From positions 1-62,193 of the forward strand of contig DATLAK010000139.1 in NCBI GenBank assembly GCA_035527535.1: 62,193 nt of DNA. The letters run 5' to 3'. The notes beneath the pieces were generated by a model. That model was not told the origin of the DNA. It searched no databases and was given only the letters and a program-made list of their open reading frames with translations. The position numbers and the translations under genes are program-made. Positions 8,281 to 16,245 of this stretch are shown one piece after another; the first letter of the stretch is position 1; every line of letters begins with the position of its first letter. The DNA comes from Armatimonadota bacterium (GTDB lineage: Bacteria; Armatimonadota; Hebobacteria; GCA-020354555; CP070648).

Positions 8281-8515
8281 CCCGGTGCGTCGCCCAACCA
8301 TCCCCACTAGAGTCGATCACACCCACGCCAACGGGTGTCAGGTTGTCCGACAGAGTGTCGGACGGGATGGTCAGATCGTGGAGCAATACGCTCACCGCTC
8401 GCCGGGGGTGAGCAAGTCTCCAGCGGGGAAGCGCCGCCACCGAGCGCAGCAAGGGTTTCCGGGTCCACGCCTCGAATTCAGTCCCAGCGTGTTGCAGCTC
8501 CGGGAGGTCCGTGCC

Positions 8516-9505
8516 ATGGCGAGGCTGTTCGACCCGATTGACCTGCACCCGTCCCTGCGCTTGAAAAACCGCGTCGTCATGCCGCCCATGCTGCGCAACC
8601 ACGCCGGCGCGGACGGCGTGGTGACCCAGGAGGTTATCCAGCACTATGTTGCGCGCGCGGACGGCGGCGTCGGCCTCATCATCGTCGAGGCCACTTACGT
8701 ACGCGAGGACGGCAAGCTATCACCCAGGCAGCTTGGCATATCGAAGGACACGCATATCGAGCCGTTGTCGCGGCTGGCGGGGGCGATCAGGGAGCACGGG
8801 GCGGCGGCGGCCATTCAGATTCACCACGCGGGTGGGGTCGCCGATCCCAAGACCATCGGCGGCCACGGGGTAGCGCCCTCCGCCGACGCATTCCCCGGTC
8901 CTGATGGGCCGCGGGAGCTGACCACGGCCGAGGCGCACCAGCTGGCCGCGCTCTTCGGGGCGGCGGCAGGGCGCGCGAGGGCCGCCGGCTTCGACGCGGT
9001 GGAGCTCCACGGCGCGCACGGTTTCCTGGTCAACCAGTTCCTCTCGCCCGCGACCAACCATCGCCACGACCAATACGGCGGAGGCCCCGACGGGCGGCTG
9101 CGCTTCGCGTTGGAGTGCGTGCAGGCGATGCGCGAGGCTGCGGGCAACGACTATCCCATTATCGTCCGCATCAGCGCCATCGAGGAGCGCCCCAACGGCC
9201 TGACGCTCGAGGATAGCTGTCAGATCGCGCGCGCCTTGGAGTCGGCCGGCGCGTGTGCGATTCACGTTTCGGCGAGCTTGAGCAGCCCCCGGGACTACGA
9301 GCCCGGCCACCTGGTGCCGCTGGCCGCGGGCATCAAGCAGGCGGTCTCGGTGCCCATCATCGCGGTGGGCAAGCTGCACGACCCGGAGCTGGCCAACCGC
9401 GTAATCGAGGAGGGCCGCGCCGACCTCGTCGCCGTGGGATCGCAACTGCTCAAGCAGCCCGACTGGCCGCAGCGCGCCGCGGCGGTCCTGGACCAGGAGG
9501 TGTGA
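8516..9505 (+). CDS. Old Yellow Enzyme family NADH:flavin oxidoreductase
   Basis: MARLFDPIDL..LRLKNRVVMPPM, GGVGLIIVEATYV and AAAIQIHHAGG are OYE/FMN oxidoreductase signatures. Start set at ATG 8516. Confidence 0.85.
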   Translation: MARLFDPIDLHPSLRLKNRVVMPPMLRNHAGADGVVTQEVIQHYVARADGGVGLIIVEATYVREDGKLSPRQLGISKDTHIEPLSRLAGAIREHGAAAAIQIHHAGGVADPKTIGGHGVAPSADAFPGPDGPRELTTAEAHQLAALFGAAAGRARAAGFDAVELHGAHGFLVNQFLSPATNHRHDQYGGGPDGRLRFALECVQAMREAAGNDYPIIVRISAIEERPNGLTLEDSCQIARALESAGACAIHVSASLSSPRDYEPGHLVPLAAGIKQAVSVPIIAVGKLHDPELANRVIEEGRADLVAVGSQLLKQPDWPQRAAAVLDQEV

Positions 9506-9512
9506 TAGCCCG

Positions 9513-10583
9513 ATGACTTCACCGGACCGCGTGCTGGCGGCTTGCGCGTTCAGGCGCCCCGATCGTATCCCGCGCTGGGAGGGCAGCTTCCTCGAGTACC
9601 CTGACTCGTGGTTCCAGCGCCTGGGGCCGCTCCAGGACCTCTCGGACATCTCCATCTGGGCGCCGGACGAGACGCCCTTCCCCACCCGCGCGCGTCGCCT
9701 CAAGGAGGAGAGCGGCTGGATCTACGAGATGAACGGCTGGGGCACCACCATCCGTCGCCGCGCTGACGCCTATTTCAACCAGACGCTCGAGGTCGCCATG
9801 CCGGAGGGCGCCGACCCCGACGCGGTCGAGTTCGAGCCGCCTCAGCTCGACTTGCGTTACGATCCTGAGCGCATGTGGCCGCCCGAGTACGAGCGCGACA
9901 TCGAGCGCGCCAAGCGCAAGCACTGCGTCTTCGCCAAGACCGGAGGCCCCTACCTGCGGACGACGCTGGTGCGCGGCGAGGCCCAGTTCCTGCTGGACAT
10001 CGCCGGCGATCCCGGGCTGGCCAAGGCCCTGGCCGACAAGGTTGGCGATCACCTGACCGCGGTCGGGGTGGAGGCCGTTCGGCGCTGGTCGCTCCAGGAC
10101 AGCGGCATCTGGATCTTCGACGACATGGCCTGTAACAGCGGCCCCATGTTCAGCCCCGCCGCGTTCGAGCGCATCTTCCTGCCCGCCTACCGGCGCATGA
10201 TCGGGGCCTACAAGCAAGCGGGGGCGAAGTATGTGGGGCTGCACTGCGACGGCGATCCGCGCGCGCTGCTGGACATGCTGATTGACGCCGGGATTCAGGC
10301 GCTCAACCCGGTGGAGCCGCGGGCCAACATGGACGTCGTGCGCCTGCGGGAGCTCTATCCCAGGCTCATCCTGACCGGGGGCATGTGCAACACCGCCACC
10401 ATGGTCAAGGGGCCCATCGAGAAGATCGAGGCCGAGGCGCGCCGCATCATTGATGTCGGGCGCGACGGGGGTGTCATCATCGGCCACCATTCGATCAGCC
10501 CCGAGGTGCCGCTGGAGCACTTCCTCGCCTACCAGCAGACGTGCCTGACCTACGGCGATTTCACCGCGACGGACGCGGGCTGA
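9513..10583 (+). CDS. Uroporphyrinogen decarboxylase (URO-D) family protein, paralog 1
   Basis: N-terminal DRVLAACAFRRPDRIPRW. C-terminal half LHCDGDPRALLDMLIDAGIQALNPVEP...LILTGGM...IIGHHSISPEVPLEHF matches the URO-D/MtaA-like fold pattern. Confidence 0.7.
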   Translation: MTSPDRVLAACAFRRPDRIPRWEGSFLEYPDSWFQRLGPLQDLSDISIWAPDETPFPTRARRLKEESGWIYEMNGWGTTIRRRADAYFNQTLEVAMPEGADPDAVEFEPPQLDLRYDPERMWPPEYERDIERAKRKHCVFAKTGGPYLRTTLVRGEAQFLLDIAGDPGLAKALADKVGDHLTAVGVEAVRRWSLQDSGIWIFDDMACNSGPMFSPAAFERIFLPAYRRMIGAYKQAGAKYVGLHCDGDPRALLDMLIDAGIQALNPVEPRANMDVVRLRELYPRLILTGGMCNTATMVKGPIEKIEAEARRIIDVGRDGGVIIGHHSISPEVPLEHFLAYQQTCLTYGDFTATDAG

Positions 10584-10711
10584 CCCGAATGGCGCGCTGG
10601 CGGAACAGGACTGTGACGCGGCGGGACGAATCACCGCGGTGCGAAACCCGAAGTCCGACCTGTCGGTGATCTCGGCCTGGGCACATCATAGAAGCGAAGA
10701 GGAGTGCTCGA

Positions 10712-11143
10712 ATGGCGAACGGTGAGCTGAAGGCCGTGCAACGCAGGCCTGCGAATAGGACCCGCAGGGAGTGGCTTCTGGACGCGATCGCCTTCGCCTC
10801 GATGTTCGCCTCTGTTATCGGCCTCATGTCCGTGACCTATGTGATGTCAGTCAATACCGCGTACACCTTTCTCGCGGACCCTGCCGGAAGAGAGAGGTTC
10901 TCGTCGATGTACCGGTCCTTCTTGCCAGCACTCGCGGCATACATGGGCATCGCCGTAGTCCTCGCCGTCGTACTGTGGATAACCATGTTGTTGGACTGCG
11001 TGCGGGCAATCTCGCTGGGCAAAGGGCGTCGCTACGTCATATGGATGGTGATTCTGGTCCTGCTGCACGTCAGCGCGGCATGGCTTTACTACCTGATCGA
11101 ACGCAGGCCGCGCCGTCTCGCGCGCGCCGACTTCGCATCGTAA
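10712..11143 (+). CDS. Small integral membrane protein with a PLD-nuclease N-terminal (PLDc_N)-like C-terminus
   Basis: Three to four TM segments. C-terminal GKGRRYVIWMVILVLLHVSAAWLYYLIERR resembles PLDc_N. AGAGGAG RBS. Confidence 0.6.
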   Translation: MANGELKAVQRRPANRTRREWLLDAIAFASMFASVIGLMSVTYVMSVNTAYTFLADPAGRERFSSMYRSFLPALAAYMGIAVVLAVVLWITMLLDCVRAISLGKGRRYVIWMVILVLLHVSAAWLYYLIERRPRRLARADFAS

Positions 11144-11234
11144 CAGGAGTTCCCGGAGGAGGCGAAAGCGAGAAGCGCGCCGCCAAGACCAGGAAACAAG
11201 GCCATTTCCATTTCGGGGGACATATGACTTAATC

Positions 11235-11284
11235 AAGGAAGAGCTGCCTGCTGGTTAGGAGATTATGGTGTGTGTCCCCCGAAT
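11235..11284 (+). repeat. About 50-nt motif AAGGAAG-N-CTGCCTGCYGGTTAGGAGATTAYGGTRTGTG-CCCC (copy A)
   Basis: Hand alignment with 13492-13544, same orientation. Confidence 0.65.
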
Positions 11285-11398
11285 CCCCCCGAATTCCCCC
11301 TTCGGTCTCGAACCGTCTCTCTCCGGTGTTCCACGGCCGTACGGGGAGATTTCCGCGCAGCCAGCGACGGGAGGCGAAATAGCGACTGTGACAGTGGC

Positions 11399-12253
11399 TC
11401 ACAGCGGGGTGTGTTTCAGCGTCGTCAACACGTCAACGAGGCAGGCGATACTGGCAAAGAGTCCGGTGCGCACACCCGCGGGACGGTCCTGGCGGCGTCC
11501 GCCCAGTTCCAGGTTGAGGATGCCGCCATAGCCGGCGGAGCGTAGCGCCCGCAGCACAGACGCGAGCGGCACCCGTCCCTCAGTCAGCGGGGCATGAGTC
11601 GCGCCGTCGGCGTCCAGGTCGTGGATATGCGTGTGGATGACCCGGCGGAGGAACGCATCGGGGGGGACAAGCATCATCACGCCCTGGCGGACATTGGAAA
11701 AGGCGTGGCCGAAATCCCAGCAGAACCCGACGTGCGGGTGGCCAATGCGAGCGTGCATGGAGAGCAGGCGCCGGTAGCTGACGCTGGGATCGTTGCCGCC
11801 TTTCGCTCGGTTCAGCTCCACGGCCACCCGCAGTGGCAGCCCCTGCTCCCCAGCATCGTGCAGCAGCTCGCGGACGGCGCGGATGGTCCGCGCAGCTAGG
11901 GCGTCCGTCGGCTCCTCCAGCGACTTGTAACTGTGCATGGTGACGATCGCATCTCGGCCCTGCTGCGCCATCTCCCGGCAGAGCGCCACCAGCGCGGGGT
12001 AGAGTGCCGCGGGCGTGGACGCGGGCAGCTCGCCATGAATGGTGAGGATACCCCCGGCATGCCACACTTGACGCGCGGCGGCCAACGCCAGCGCGGGGTC
12101 CGTGTGCGGGCCGACGGCGCGCAGCTCGATGGCTGTCACCCCCGCCTGCCGCAGTGCGGCAAGGGCGGTCGCGGGGTCGCCCAGCGCGCCGGTGAGCAGT
12201 TCGTCGGGTTCCCCGGCGACATAGGCGGGCGGCAGCGACACCCCGATTCTCAC
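11399..12253 (-). CDS. Sugar phosphate isomerase/epimerase (xylose isomerase-like TIM barrel)
   Basis: VAVELNRAKGG, WDFGHAF, HTHIHDLDADGATHAPLTEGRVPL and AGYGGILNLEL. Start set at GTG 12253, which overlaps the upstream stop as GTGA. Confidence 0.75.
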   Translation of the reverse strand: MRIGVSLPPAYVAGEPDELLTGALGDPATALAALRQAGVTAIELRAVGPHTDPALALAAARQVWHAGGILTIHGELPASTPAALYPALVALCREMAQQGRDAIVTMHSYKSLEEPTDALAARTIRAVRELLHDAGEQGLPLRVAVELNRAKGGNDPSVSYRRLLSMHARIGHPHVGFCWDFGHAFSNVRQGVMMLVPPDAFLRRVIHTHIHDLDADGATHAPLTEGRVPLASVLRALRSAGYGGILNLELGGRRQDRPAGVRTGLFASIACLVDVLTTLKHTPL

Positions 12254-13158
12254 AGCCCCATCTCTTCTCCCACCTCGGGCGCGCGCAACGGCACGTTGGG
12301 CGCGAGAGCGCCCCAGCACGATCGCACCAACGCGACATGGCGCCGATGCCAGAGGTCGTCGGTCGCGCGGGAGAATTCGTACAGGTGCGCCAGCACCACC
12401 GCCCGCGGGGCGCACGCGCGCAGGTAATCACAGAAGGCGTCAAGCAGCGGCGGGACCGAGTCCCCCGCACATCCGCGCCCCAGCCAGAGATGGGCGAAGA
12501 GGAGATCCACGGGGCCAAGTTGCCGGATCTCCGGCACGCCATAGTCACGCACGTCGCCGGGGAAGAGCCAACGCTGGCCGTCCACCTCCACCAGGTAGCC
12601 GGTGGCGTCCAGGCCGCAGAGTTGTCCGTCCGCCTGCCGGTACCAATGCCACCCGGGAAAGGGGAGCACGCCGATACCATCGAGCTCAAGGCGCTGGCCG
12701 TGCTGGGCGACGATTAGTTGTTTCTCATGCGGGTTGGCGTGGGCCCGCACGGTGGCAAGCATATGCTCGGGCACAACGAAGCGCACTCCGCTGCTGCGCA
12801 AGGCGGCCAGCAGGCGATAGTCTACGTGATCGTCATGGTCGTGGGTCAAGAGCAGGAACGACAGGTCCGCCAGTACCTCCATCGGCAACTCGCCAGGCAG
12901 GTCGGGCAGCAGCCGGGACGCGGGTATCACCGGATCGAGCGCCCACCGCACCCCGTGGGTGGTGAACAGATAGCTGGCGGCATACATCAGCCACCCCATC
13001 ATCGCGCGCGGCGGCTGCCGCCATGTCGCCAACATGCGCTGCCAGCGCGTGGGATACTCGCGGAAGAAACGGACCCTGGCCTCCGCGATCAGGCGCGCAT
13101 CTTCCTGCGCGGGCGTCAGCGCAACCGTCTCGCCCGGCAATAGGGCGTTGTCATACAT
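12250..13158 (-). CDS. MBL-fold metallo-hydrolase
   Basis: HxHxDH motif (LLLTHDHDDHVD) and later His/Asp ligand positions. Start set at ATG 13158 (MYDNALL). Confidence 0.75.
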   Translation of the reverse strand: MYDNALLPGETVALTPAQEDARLIAEARVRFFREYPTRWQRMLATWRQPPRAMMGWLMYAASYLFTTHGVRWALDPVIPASRLLPDLPGELPMEVLADLSFLLLTHDHDDHVDYRLLAALRSSGVRFVVPEHMLATVRAHANPHEKQLIVAQHGQRLELDGIGVLPFPGWHWYRQADGQLCGLDATGYLVEVDGQRWLFPGDVRDYGVPEIRQLGPVDLLFAHLWLGRGCAGDSVPPLLDAFCDYLRACAPRAVVLAHLYEFSRATDDLWHRRHVALVRSCWGALAPNVPLRAPEVGEEMGL

Positions 13159-13283
13159 GGCAGACCCCTTCTCCCGCACCGAGCTCACCTCCTTCAGGAT
13201 GCGTCCGTCGCATTCTGCATTCCGGGTGCATTCTGGGGACCCACGACTCAGAGCCTGTTTCAAGACTGCTTCCCCCTTGGGGT

Positions 13284-13349
13284 GTCATTCCGAGCGAAGC
13301 GAGGAATCTGCCTCCCAGAGGAGACCCTTCGCTGCCGCTCAGGGTGACA
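13284..13349. repeat. REP pair (inverted), family TGTCAYYCYGAGCGNNGCGARGRATC
   Basis: TGTCATTCCGAGCGAAGCGAGGAATC ... GACCCTTCGCTGCCGCTCAGGGTGACA. Same family at 47938-48004, 48085+, 59391-59417 and 62101+. Confidence 0.75.
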
Positions 13350-13382
13350 GTCAGCCCGGGTTTTGAAACAGCCTCTTGATCA

Positions 13383-13411
13383 TTGACAGGGAGCACTGAT
13401 AGTAGTACAAG
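13383..13411 (+). promoter_or_regulatory. sigma70-like promoter in front of the RAYT remnant
   Basis: TTGACA (13383-13388), 17-nt spacer, TACAAG (13406-13411). Confidence 0.4.
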
Positions 13412-13417
13412 TGGGCC

Positions 13418-13501
13418 ATGCTCCGCATCGCCCGTATCGTCGCGCCAGGGGTGGCGCATCACGTCACTCAGCGCGGCAAACCGGGGCCGAGAAGGAAGTA
13501 A
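13418..13501 (+). pseudogene. Truncated N-terminus of a Y1 (IS200-like / REP-associated, RAYT) transposase
   Basis: ATG 13418 gives MLRIARIVAPGVAHHVTQRG, which matches the conserved start (..PR...PG.PHHVTQRGN) of COG1943-type transposases. It then diverges and stops after 27 aa where repeat copy B begins. Confidence 0.55.
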
Positions 13502-13544
13502 GACCTGCCTGCCGGTTAGGAGATTACGGTATGTGCCCCGGGAT
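13492..13544 (+). repeat. About 50-nt motif AAGGAAG-N-CTGCCTGCYGGTTAGGAGATTAYGGTRTGTG-CCCC (copy B)
   Basis: Direct repeat of 11235-11284. It starts exactly where the RAYT-like reading frame decays. Confidence 0.65.
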
Positions 13545-13610
13545 TGAAGCAGGGGGAATGGGGGACGTGCAGGAGGTGCTGCACCTGCATGATCTTGCAG
13601 AGGTGACGGA

Positions 13611-14021
13611 ATGGCGGGCCACGTTCACGACCGGGTCGGGTCCTCGCGCCAGTTGCGACGAGACAGGCGAATCACGTTGTTGCTCATCATCGCGTGCGTC
13701 CTGGTCGTGGGGCTTCTCTATCTGGGCGTCTGGATCGCCGATGCGATCGTCAAGCGGGTTACCGCCTACCCGAAGGAATTCGATCGTGTTCACGTGGGCA
13801 TGAAAGTGGACGAGGTCGCACGGGCTGTTGGTCAGCCCGAGGAGACCTATGGCCACGACGATTGGCCGACCAGATACATCACGCGCGACCGCCTGAGGAC
13901 TCTTTTCGCACGCCGTGACATTGAGCGGGTATGCTTGTATGCGACGCCCAATTGGGGAATGTACGTGTTTTTCGACGCCGGCGGCATTGCTCGGGAAGTC
14001 ATCATATTCAGTCCAGACTAA
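13611..14021 (+). CDS. Hypothetical membrane-anchored protein (single TM plus small SmpA/BamE-like globular part)
   Basis: TM ITLLLIIACVLVVGLLYLGVWI, then VHVGMKVDEVARAVGQPEE. No family assignable with confidence and the start is uncertain. Confidence 0.45.
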   Translation: MAGHVHDRVGSSRQLRRDRRITLLLIIACVLVVGLLYLGVWIADAIVKRVTAYPKEFDRVHVGMKVDEVARAVGQPEETYGHDDWPTRYITRDRLRTLFARRDIERVCLYATPNWGMYVFFDAGGIAREVIIFSPD

Positions 14022-14048
14022 AGGCGGTTTCTGAGGTAGCATCGCAAG

Positions 14049-14321
14049 ATGCGTTTCGACGTGCTGTTGGCTATAGCAGTCCTGGGTGGCATCGCATTCG
14101 TCGTTCTGCTGCCCCTGGTCTATGCTGTCAGCGTGTTTCGTCGGATGGCACGACAGCCAGGAAGACTTCTGATGAAGCTATTGCTCGCCGCGGCAATAGT
14201 TGCGTGGAGCGTATGGCTCGGCTCCAGCGTGGGCGCTTTCATCGCAAGGATCTACACGGAGGAGACCATTACGCGGCCACCGACTCGCCAGAGCGCGGTT
14301 CCTGCGCTAGACCATCGCTGA
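14049..14321 (+). CDS. Hypothetical small two-TM membrane protein
   Basis: Two hydrophobic helices (LLAIAVLGGIAFVVLLPLVYAV; LLLAAAIVAWSVWLGSSVGAFI). No known motif. Confidence 0.4.
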   Translation: MRFDVLLAIAVLGGIAFVVLLPLVYAVSVFRRMARQPGRLLMKLLLAAAIVAWSVWLGSSVGAFIARIYTEETITRPPTRQSAVPALDHR

Positions 14322-14412
14322 TATGGAGATGGCCCTAGCGGTCGCGCAGTACACCCTGGCGCCGGAAACATACGGGGCGCGCGTCCCGCAACTGCGAGCC
14401 TATTGACGACAA

Positions 14413-16029
14413 GTGCACCATGGGAGACCGCTGGCGATGAACCTGAGAATCCGCGATGGTCGCGACTGGGCGTTTATCAACGGCGCGTGGAGCGAAGACG
14501 CCTGGGGGTGCATCTCTCCGCCGGACACGCCGGACCATCACGCCCTGGCGTTCTATCTGCCGCAGGCGTTCGCGGACGCGACCGTGGAGTTCGAGTTCCT
14601 GGCGAGCTATCGCGAGACCGGCGCCGGCGATGTCGGGGTCATCCTGCGCGCCCAAGCTGCCAATCACTACTATTGGGTCAGCTTCCCGTGGTGCGGCCAG
14701 CAGACGCGCGCGCGCCACTTCTGGGCGGCGATCTCCCGGGTTGACGAATCGGGCTACATCCGCAACCTCAAGCTGGCGCTGATCCCCGGCGTGCTCAGCG
14801 AGACCGAGCGCTGGTACCGGGCGCGAGTAGAATGCGTGGGCGGCGCCATCCGCCTGTGGGTTGACGACCGCCCCGGGCCGGTGGTGACCGACCTCGCCGC
14901 CGCCCCCGGGCGCATCGGCTTCGCCGGGTATGGGGGCTTCGCGCTGCGCAACCTGCGCGTCAGCGGCGATGCGGCGCCGGCACCTGCATGGGACGAGACC
15001 GCCCCGGCCGGTCGGGGCAACTGGTTTCACCCGGCGCCGGGCATCGGCGGCGAACAAACCCTGCCTTCGCTTTGTCGGGCGCCGAGGGGCGACCTGCTGT
15101 TGGCGATCCCGGCCACCCGCGCCGAGCGCACGTTCATCGTGCGGTCACGCGATAACGGGCATTCCTGGGGCGAACCGGTGGAGCTGCCGGCCGCGCTGCA
15201 CTGGGGCGTCGTGCACGCAACCAAGAGCGGTCGGCTGCTGCTGCAGGCGGTCCACGCCGAGCCCCGCCGCATCCTGATGGCGGAATCGCACGATGACGGG
15301 CGCACGTGGTCTGAACCCACGGCCGCCAAGCTGAGCGGCGACTGGCCCGCCGACCCGCCGCAGCTTCATGCCTACGGTGCGCTGCTGGAGCTGCCGGACG
15401 GCGCCCTGGTGCGGCTCCTGACCGGCAGGCTGGCGCGCGCCGCGGACCGGGAGGTGATGCAGTGGGGAGCCATGGAGGCGCAGGCGTTCGCCATTCGCTC
15501 GACCGACGGCGGCGCCACGTGGTCCGCGCCCGCGAACCTCGATCGCTTCGTCTGGCGGGGACAGGCGGGCGCGGCGGAGAGTTGCCTCGACCTCTCGGAA
15601 CCGGTGGGAGCGGTGCTTGATGACGGGCGCATCATCTGCTACATCCGCCCCATCTACTCCCCGTGGATGTGGGAGACCCACTCCGATGACGGCGGGCAGA
15701 CCTGGTCCTCGGCGCGGCGCGCACCCTTTCCCGGGTACGCCGCCTGCATGACGCGCACCAAGTCCGGGGCCGCGCTGGTGGCACACCGCTTCCCCGGCCA
15801 CACCATCCATCTCAGCCACGACGGCGGCCGCACCTGGGATGAGGGGACGACGGTGGACTTCCCGGTATGGGCGATGGGGGCGCTGCTGGAGGTCGAGCCG
15901 GAGGTGGTGCTGTTCGTCTACATGGACGCGAAACCGGAGCGGCTGCGCGCGCAGCGCATCCGCGTCACCGCGCAGGGGCTCGAGCCGCTCCCGGTCGAGG
16001 GGCAAGCCGCACCTGACCGTACTTACTGA
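14413..16029 (+). CDS. BNR-repeat sialidase-like glycoside hydrolase with N-terminal DUF1080/LamG-like domain
   Basis: Five Asp-box (SxDxGxTW) repeats: SRDNGHSW, SHDDGRTW, STDGGATW, SDDGGQTW, SHDGGRTW. N-terminal IRLWVDDRPGPVV...GRIGFAGYGGFALRNLRV resembles DUF1080. The start may be ATG 14437. Confidence 0.75.
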   Translation: MHHGRPLAMNLRIRDGRDWAFINGAWSEDAWGCISPPDTPDHHALAFYLPQAFADATVEFEFLASYRETGAGDVGVILRAQAANHYYWVSFPWCGQQTRARHFWAAISRVDESGYIRNLKLALIPGVLSETERWYRARVECVGGAIRLWVDDRPGPVVTDLAAAPGRIGFAGYGGFALRNLRVSGDAAPAPAWDETAPAGRGNWFHPAPGIGGEQTLPSLCRAPRGDLLLAIPATRAERTFIVRSRDNGHSWGEPVELPAALHWGVVHATKSGRLLLQAVHAEPRRILMAESHDDGRTWSEPTAAKLSGDWPADPPQLHAYGALLELPDGALVRLLTGRLARAADREVMQWGAMEAQAFAIRSTDGGATWSAPANLDRFVWRGQAGAAESCLDLSEPVGAVLDDGRIICYIRPIYSPWMWETHSDDGGQTWSSARRAPFPGYAACMTRTKSGAALVAHRFPGHTIHLSHDGGRTWDEGTTVDFPVWAMGALLEVEPEVVLFVYMDAKPERLRAQRIRVTAQGLEPLPVEGQAAPDRTY

Positions 16030-16245
16030 AAGATCAACTGCTCCACCTGCGGCGGCAGTTGCGAGGAGAAGTCCAGCAGGTGCCGGCGTTACATCGGCGC
16101 TTGCGCGCGAAGAGGTTTGGTCTTCGCACCGCCGAAATGTGTTTGCAGCCACGCGCGCGCCGCGGCCCAGCCGCGGCGCGCGGCATGATCCGGAGCTTGC
16201 GGAGCGCGTTGCCCGGCAGGCCGGCAACCGAAAGGAGTCACCCAG

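Noticed and set aside
7863-8411. 182-aa and other overlapping ORFs in the 657-bp gap before the OYE gene.
   Set aside because: Arg/Ser/Pro-rich with no motifs, mutually overlapping in several frames, and traversing REP hairpins.
11265-11531. 88-aa ORF starting inside repeat copy A, and the analogous 13411-13803 ORF at copy B.
   Set aside because: The downstream peptides are not similar to each other. The first runs antisense into the isomerase gene and the second overlaps the better-supported 13611 frame.
5761-13544. Idea that the direct-repeat-bracketed units form an integron-like cassette array.
   Set aside because: The three repeat pairs have unrelated sequences and no attC-like R/L box symmetry was recognised. 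No intI integrase is present and gene orientations are mixed.
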